Origin: a virus
Taxonomy: Duplodnaviria; Caudoviricetes
DNA: 24,303 nucleotides
Direction: 5' to 3' (one strand)
Virus record (IMG/VR): IMGVR_UViG_3300009496_000071
Span: 1 to 24,303 of that record
This document shows, piece by piece, positions 19,265-24,303 of the stretch. Within the stretch, counting starts at the first letter, position 1. The number at the start of each line of letters is the position of its first letter. The position numbers were made by a program, and so were the translations under genes. Under the pieces are notes generated by a model. The model had not been told where the DNA came from, did not search any database, and saw nothing but the letters and a program-made list of their open reading frames with translations.

Positions 19265-19588
19265 ATGGCAGATATAACAATAACATTTACAAATACAATA
19301 AACCAATCTTTACAGGTTGGTGATATTGTTTATTTTAAACATAATGATGATGTAGCTGAGCTAGGCTTATGCACATCTATATCAGTCGATAGATTAAGCA
19401 TAGTAGCTGATATGCCTGATACTAACATTAGACCAGAAGCTGGTGATTACTTTATGTTTGGTAAAAATAACGTAATAAATAGTAATGGCTTAATAGGCTA
19501 CCATGCAACTGTTAAGTTAACAAATAACGCGACTGACTTTAAAGAGTTGTTTGCGGTAAATTCAGAAATAAATATAAGCAGTAATTAA
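19265..19588 (+). CDS. Small tail-associated beta protein (107 aa)
   Basis: INQSLQVGDIVYF and NGLIGYHATVKLTN..ELFAVNSE; directly after the stabilisation gene. Confidence 0.7.
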   Translation: MADITITFTNTINQSLQVGDIVYFKHNDDVAELGLCTSISVDRLSIVADMPDTNIRPEAGDYFMFGKNNVINSNGLIGYHATVKLTNNATDFKELFAVNSEINISSN

Positions 19589-19590
19589 TT

Positions 19591-20385
19591 ATGAGCAATG
19601 GAATAAGAAAACCTGTACAAACTGTAGCTTCTGCTGGTTTTAATCCTGCGGGGTTACAACCTTTTGAAACTACTGGTCCAACGGCAATGAGTGGAGCAAA
19701 TATCAATGCAGCTCTTAAGGGGCCCGCTAGCTTAGGCAACCCTCAAAGTGGGATTGGAAAAGCAATTTCAGGCACCGCTCAAAATGATGCTGGGGCTTTT
19801 GGCCAAATTGCTGAAGGATTAGCTGGCATAGCTGGAGGGATTGTTGGTGGAAGAGCTAGAAGACAAGAACAAAGAGCTGCAAGAGCTGAATTACAACAAA
19901 GACAAAGAGAATATGAATCTTTTGAGTTTCAAGATCCGAGTGCTGGTATGACAAATCCTTATGAAGATTTAACAGTAAATCAACAACAAGCACAGTTTGC
20001 TTCTCAACAACAACAGCAAGGTTTATCATCCACATTGTCTGGACTACAAAGCGCGGCTGGTGGGTCTGGAATTGGTGCTTTAGCTCAAACCTTAGCGGCA
20101 CAACAATCACAAAATTTACAGGCATCATCCGCTAGTATTGGTCAACAAGAGCGAGCTAATCAAATAGCTAGAGCAAGCGGGCAACAAAATTTAGAGGCGC
20201 AAAGATCTGCTGGGCAACAATATGTACAGCAACAAGAGTTTGGCAGAACAGAGCAAATGTACAACGTATCTGCAGCAAGAAAAGCAGCGGCTGATGCGGC
20301 TAGAAAACAAGCTACTGAAGGTTTAGTTGGAGGAGTTGGAAATTTAGCTGTTGGGGCGGGCAGAATGTTAGCCGGCGGACTTTAA
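19591..20385 (+). CDS. Putative ejection / DNA-transfer (pilot-like) protein (264 aa)
   Basis: Gly/Ala-rich hydrophobic segments (GLAGIAGGIVGG; GLVGGVGNLAVGAG) flanking Gln-rich coiled coil; position after tail genes. Confidence 0.65.
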   Translation: MSNGIRKPVQTVASAGFNPAGLQPFETTGPTAMSGANINAALKGPASLGNPQSGIGKAISGTAQNDAGAFGQIAEGLAGIAGGIVGGRARRQEQRAARAELQQRQREYESFEFQDPSAGMTNPYEDLTVNQQQAQFASQQQQQGLSSTLSGLQSAAGGSGIGALAQTLAAQQSQNLQASSASIGQQERANQIARASGQQNLEAQRSAGQQYVQQQEFGRTEQMYNVSAARKAAADAARKQATEGLVGGVGNLAVGAGRMLAGGL

Positions 20386-20396
20386 AATAAAATATT

Positions 20397-21737
20397 ATGG
20401 CATTAGATACAAGATTAATTGGACAAGCATTAGGTGAAGGACAGCCGGTAGATTTAGCTGGGGCTATTAGACCCGCTGTGGTTAGAGGCGAACAGGCTGT
20501 ATTAAGAACTAAAGCTCAAGAGCAAAGAAGAAAAGAACTTCAAGCGCAAGCAATTTCACAATTACCACAATTAGATGAAAGTAAAGTTCCTATGCAAATG
20601 CGTGAATGGGCAATAGGACAAGCGTTAGAAGCTCGCAATGTTGCATTAAGTGCTATAAGAAATGAAGACTTAGACCCTGTTGAAAAACAAATGGCTATTA
20701 GTAATGCACAACAAAGTATAAGTAAAGTAGCCGCTAAAACAAACGATTTTAAGCAATGGATAGCTCAATTTGCTGATACTCAACCAGATGACCTTAGTAA
20801 GCTTAATAGTCCTGAATTAATGGAAAGAGTTAATGATATTTACTCTGGTAAGTTTAAAGTTGATGGTAATCAATTTGTATTTGAAGATGGCACCGTAAAA
20901 GACTTTAATTCTTTAGTTAACACAAGACATATATCAAAAAGATCGGACGCATACATGTCTCAATTAAAAGAATTAGGAAATGAGTACGAAAAATATGGAT
21001 TACAGGGGTGGGATGAAACAGCTTTTGAAAATAAAATAGATAATGAATTGGCTAGTGAAAAATATACTGACGCTGATTTAGCTAGTATTGCTGTTGATGA
21101 ATTAGGATTACCTGAAAGTGAAATTAAAGCAATACAAGATGATTTTGAAGATAATGGTATATTAGACGATGTAGATAAACAATCATTAATTACAAAAATT
21201 AAAAATCAATACAAAACTGCTGCTAAAAGTGCTTATGAAAACTCTAGGAGATTGTATAAAGAAAAAACCGCACCTAAGCCATCTACACCACCAAAACCTA
21301 CGGGAAGGGAAATTGAAAGAGTATTAACATCAGCTGCTGCTCAAGAATATAGTTTAGACATTTCTAAATTTAAAAATGAACTTGGCATAGCTGTTAACCC
21401 AGCTGGAATAGCTATTGGTGATGCAAAAGATGCTTCTTTAGATATTGAATCAGATAATTTTCCAAATTTAGTAAACAAATTAGGTTTTAGAATATCAGGC
21501 GTATTTAGAGAAAATAAAGAAGATCCAAACTCTAATATACAATCCATAGAGCTTAAAGAGCAAGGTGGTAATAAAACATTTGAAGTTGTTCCCGGTCAAA
21601 ATACAATAAGCTTTTTAGAACAAGCATTTTTAATGCAGGGTGTTAATAGAATAGAGGTTCCTAAATTAATAAATAATGTATTATACGGAACGTTTATCCC
21701 TCCAAGTCAAAAAATAAATACAGATTACGAAGATTAA
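20397..21737 (+). CDS. Putative internal virion (cargo/ejection) protein (446 aa)
   Basis: Helical charged ORF with Pro-rich linker; lies between pilot-like and giant cargo genes. Confidence 0.6.
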   Translation: MALDTRLIGQALGEGQPVDLAGAIRPAVVRGEQAVLRTKAQEQRRKELQAQAISQLPQLDESKVPMQMREWAIGQALEARNVALSAIRNEDLDPVEKQMAISNAQQSISKVAAKTNDFKQWIAQFADTQPDDLSKLNSPELMERVNDIYSGKFKVDGNQFVFEDGTVKDFNSLVNTRHISKRSDAYMSQLKELGNEYEKYGLQGWDETAFENKIDNELASEKYTDADLASIAVDELGLPESEIKAIQDDFEDNGILDDVDKQSLITKIKNQYKTAAKSAYENSRRLYKEKTAPKPSTPPKPTGREIERVLTSAAAQEYSLDISKFKNELGIAVNPAGIAIGDAKDASLDIESDNFPNLVNKLGFRISGVFRENKEDPNSNIQSIELKEQGGNKTFEVVPGQNTISFLEQAFLMQGVNRIEVPKLINNVLYGTFIPPSQKINTDYED

Positions 21738-21739
21738 TT

Positions 21740-21966
21740 ATGATTGAAATTTATACTGTAAATGGAACAACTTATAAAGTTGGACCAAATTCAAAAGAAA
21801 AATTTTTAAATGATTTTCCCAATGCTACTTTATTAGACGAGCCGGGAAAGATACCTCCTTCGCAGGAAGAAAAGCCGGGTGTGCTTGCGGAGGCAAATGC
21901 AACACCCGAAATATCTCTTACGGGATCACCATTGGTGGATACTTCTTTGGAATCACCAAAAACTAG
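21740..21966 (+). CDS. Predicted 75-aa transframe product (37 aa zero frame + 38 aa -1 frame)
   Basis: -1 frame after the slip reads DTSFAGRKAGCACGGKCNTRNISYGITIGGYFFGITKN then TAG 21964-21966; that frame has a TGA at 21811 and no ATG/GTG/TTG of its own. Confidence 0.55.
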
Positions 21967-24303
21967 TATTAGAAAAAAAACTAGAGAAGGTGATTTAAAA
22001 AGAAAAAAAGAAAAAATATTAAATAATGAAATAGAAGATATTGCAGAATCATTTGAAGCATTTAATTTAGAAGAATTGTCTAATGAAGATCGCTTATATA
22101 TTCAAGATTTAGCTCAAGAGCAATTAATAAATAATGCTCCAGACTCTCAAAATTATAATTTTACAGCAGAACAAATTGATACAGGCGCTAGAAATATTTT
22201 AAATGAAGCAAATAAATTAGCACAAGAAGAGCGGGAAAAAATTAACAGTGTTATTAATATGGACATGTCTGAATCTTTAAGCAATGCTGCTTTAAATGTT
22301 GGACAAGATGTTAAAAAAATAAAAAGTTTTTGGTCAGGTGAATCTCCAGCTTTAGACCTAGCTACTGCAGCTGTATATAAGGCTATTTTTGGGCAAGAGA
22401 ATGTCGATGAATTTGTAGAAAAATATCGCGGAGTGAGCATACCCGTAATGGGGCTTCCTGTTTCATTAACAAAAGGTCTTGGGACTAAAGAGATACTTAA
22501 AAGTATACCTAAATTAAAAGCGGAGCAAGAAAAAAGAAAACAAACATTACCTATTATTGAAAGTTTTAAGCAAGGTGAAATTCTTAAAGGAGGAGCTGCT
22601 ATACTAAGTTCAATGGTGAGTATGGTTGGTTCCGCTGGTTTTGGCGCTGGTACTGTTGGTTCAGGTTTTTATGCGGATTTTGCTGCAGAAAATTATGTAA
22701 CTTTTAATGAAGAATTAGCTAAAAGAGAAAATACAACTCTTGAAAATCTTATAATTGAAGGAAAAGATAATGCCAAAGCCCCCGTTGCCTTAGCTGGTAT
22801 ACAAGCCATGTCTGAAGTTGTTGGTTTATCATCCATGCTTTCACCTATAAAAAAGAATGGTATAAAAGTTATTTCAAATAAATTTTTAGATTCACCATTA
22901 GGTGCTAAAGTATTAGATATATATAGTTCTGGAAAAACGGAATTTATAACAGAAAATTTTCAATTTGGGATTGATGAATACAATAGAGTTTTAGGAAAAA
23001 CTGGAGACTCCTCAAAAGCAGCATTAGCTATGGTAGAGGGTATGGCATCACAAGAAGGTCTTGAAAGTGGCTTACAGGGATTAGGTGGCGCGGTTGGAAT
23101 TAAAGGCAGCAGATATCTTTTAAAAGCAGCAAGCAATTTAAGAGCACCTGCTGACAACGAAGGTATACAAGCAGATATAAATGAATTATCTGAATTGCAA
23201 AAACAGTATAATTCTACAGAAAGCAAAGTAGGTAAGGAAGGTATACAACAAAAAATTAATGATGTAAACAGCAGATTATCTTCAAGGATTACTAAAAGTA
23301 ATGCTATAATACCTAAATTAAATAAAACAGAAATTGATGAGGTTAATTCAATGGGTGATCTTGCTAATTTGCAAGTTCAACGCGTTAAAGAATTAAATAA
23401 AGAATTAGATGAGGGTAATATTAAAAGAAGTGATTATTTAATTGCTTTAGAAGGTTATAAGACAACTTATATTAACGCAAAAAACAGGATTAAAGGTATT
23501 GCTGATACTGCAGAAACTAAACCAGAACAAGTTGTAGCTGAAGAAATAGATACACAAGAACAAACTGCTCCATTAACAGAAGCAGAACAAGCTATACAAA
23601 AAATTATAACAAAAGAAAAAGTAGCCTCTAGCAAAGTTCAACAAATTTACAATGATAAAGGTATTGATGGTATTAACGAAATATTTAAAGAATTTAAAGG
23701 TATAGTAGATAGAATAGTTGACAAGCGTAGAAATGCACCTAATTTTGACAGAGAATTGCTTACTTCTGAAATACAAGTAGGTAAAAGAGGTATTCTTGAT
23801 TTAGTTAGGGCATACCCTAAATATGTAAAAAAACAAGAAGCTGCTAATCAACCTGTAGCTCCATTAGCTGGTTTTATAAATAAGCAATTACCTAATAGAG
23901 CAATTGAAGCATCTCAAAGAATTTTAGGTAAAGAATTTACACAAGATGTTACTGAGGCTAAAGCTGTTACTGCTACTGAAACTGCGGAAGATATTGTTAC
24001 ACAACAAGAGCAAGTAAAGCAAGAAGTAAAAACAGCATTAGCTAAGGATTTAAACTTAGATGAAACAACTCAAAATGATATTGTAAAAGCTGTTGAAAAA
24101 ACATTAGGTACTAAATTACCTGCTGTAACAGATAAAAAGTTTAGACAAGCTTTAACTACTGGTTTTAGAAATGAATTAACTAATACATTTAAAACGGTAT
24201 TTGGTCGTCAAGCATCATACGAGCAATTTTTAAGAGATAATTTTGAAAAAATATATCCTGCAATTCCACAAGAAACTATAAACCGTAATTTTAAAGAATT
24301 TAA
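21740..24303 (+). CDS. Giant internal virion (cargo/ejection) protein, 5' part only (at least 854 aa, runs off window)
   Basis: Translated by hand from ATG 21740 (MIEIYTVNGTTYKVGPNSKEKFLNDFPNA...) with no in-frame stop to the end; the final TAA of the window is out of frame. Gly-rich hydrophobic segments (GGAAILSSMVSMVGSAGFGAGTVGSG; GLQGLGGAVGI), coiled coil, sigma-like segment. Confidence 0.85.
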   Translation, partial: MIEIYTVNGTTYKVGPNSKEKFLNDFPNATLLDEPGKIPPSQEEKPGVLAEANATPEISLTGSPLVDTSLESPKTSIRKKTREGDLKRKKEKILNNEIEDIAESFEAFNLEELSNEDRLYIQDLAQEQLINNAPDSQNYNFTAEQIDTGARNILNEANKLAQEEREKINSVINMDMSESLSNAALNVGQDVKKIKSFWSGESPALDLATAAVYKAIFGQENVDEFVEKYRGVSIPVMGLPVSLTKGLGTKEILKSIPKLKAEQEKRKQTLPIIESFKQGEILKGGAAILSSMVSMVGSAGFGAGTVGSGFYADFAAENYVTFNEELAKRENTTLENLIIEGKDNAKAPVALAGIQAMSEVVGLSSMLSPIKKNGIKVISNKFLDSPLGAKVLDIYSSGKTEFITENFQFGIDEYNRVLGKTGDSSKAALAMVEGMASQEGLESGLQGLGGAVGIKGSRYLLKAASNLRAPADNEGIQADINELSELQKQYNSTESKVGKEGIQQKINDVNSRLSSRITKSNAIIPKLNKTEIDEVNSMGDLANLQVQRVKELNKELDEGNIKRSDYLIALEGYKTTYINAKNRIKGIADTAETKPEQVVAEEIDTQEQTAPLTEAEQAIQKIITKEKVASSKVQQIYNDKGIDGINEIFKEFKGIVDRIVDKRRNAPNFDRELLTSEIQVGKRGILDLVRAYPKYVKKQEAANQPVAPLAGFINKQLPNRAIEASQRILGKEFTQDVTEAKAVTATETAEDIVTQQEQVKQEVKTALAKDLNLDETTQNDIVKAVEKTLGTKLPAVTDKKFRQALTTGFRNELTNTFKTVFGRQASYEQFLRDNFEKIYPAIPQETINRNFKEF
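21844..21908 (+). promoter_or_regulatory. Candidate programmed -1 ribosomal frameshift signal: G GGA AAG heptamer plus downstream structure
   Basis: CCG GGA AAG in correct X XXY YYZ phase at 21844-21850; downstream complementary pairs CGGGTGT(21876-82)/ACACCCG(21902-08), CCTCC(21854-58)/GGAGG(21889-93), TCCT/AGGA(21856-67). Confidence 0.65.

Noticed and set aside
40-23776. Other short minus-strand ORFs in the track (e.g. 40-306, 1046-1342, 2707-3015, 6126-6320, 22153-22440)
   Set aside because: All lie antisense to well-supported + strand genes in a unidirectional operon and show no motifs; 6126-6320 is better explained by the +1 nested gene on the + strand.
1-24303. Stop-codon reassignment (TAG/TGA) as in some crAss-like phages
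   Set aside because: All long genes are intact under the standard code with near-complete coding density; no in-frame TAG/TGA interruptions.
24301-24303. Terminal TAA as stop of the giant ORF
   Set aside because: It is out of frame with ATG 21740; the gene is truncated by the window edge.
1-24303. CRISPR array, tRNA genes, integrase, DGR template/variable repeats
   Set aside because: No spaced direct repeats, cloverleafs, recombinase or reverse transcriptase motifs noticed; intergenic gaps are too short.

Overview
AT-rich, gene-dense, single-strand (+) morphogenesis module of a tailed dsDNA phage with crAss-like (Crassvirales-related) podovirus organisation. The host is most likely Bacteroidota/Flavobacteriia, inferred from A-rich starts without Shine-Dalgarno sites and from BACON/TSP3-type domains. 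Gene order: two small hypotheticals, GroES-like protein, small pre-terminase gene, TerL, portal, acidic scaffold-like protein, major capsid protein, a conserved virion protein, two ring/connector proteins, a 2676-aa tail stabilisation (muzzle) protein with a long adhesin-like extension, a small tail protein, two ejection/cargo-like proteins, and a giant cargo protein (21740 to window end, absent from the ORF track). The most striking signal is a hidden second coding layer inside core genes. (i) A lambda-type -1 slippery site (G GGA AAG) with downstream RNA structure near the start of the giant cargo gene opens a startless 38-codon Cys-rich/aromatic transframe ORF. (ii) A 44-aa basic MPFKS.. 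protein is overprinted in the +1 frame of the scaffold gene. (iii) A 181-codon stop-free +1 frame inside terL encodes a predicted lipoprotein. The giant cargo protein also carries a sigma-70 region-2-like segment. All family assignments are from motif recognition and synteny; no searches were run.
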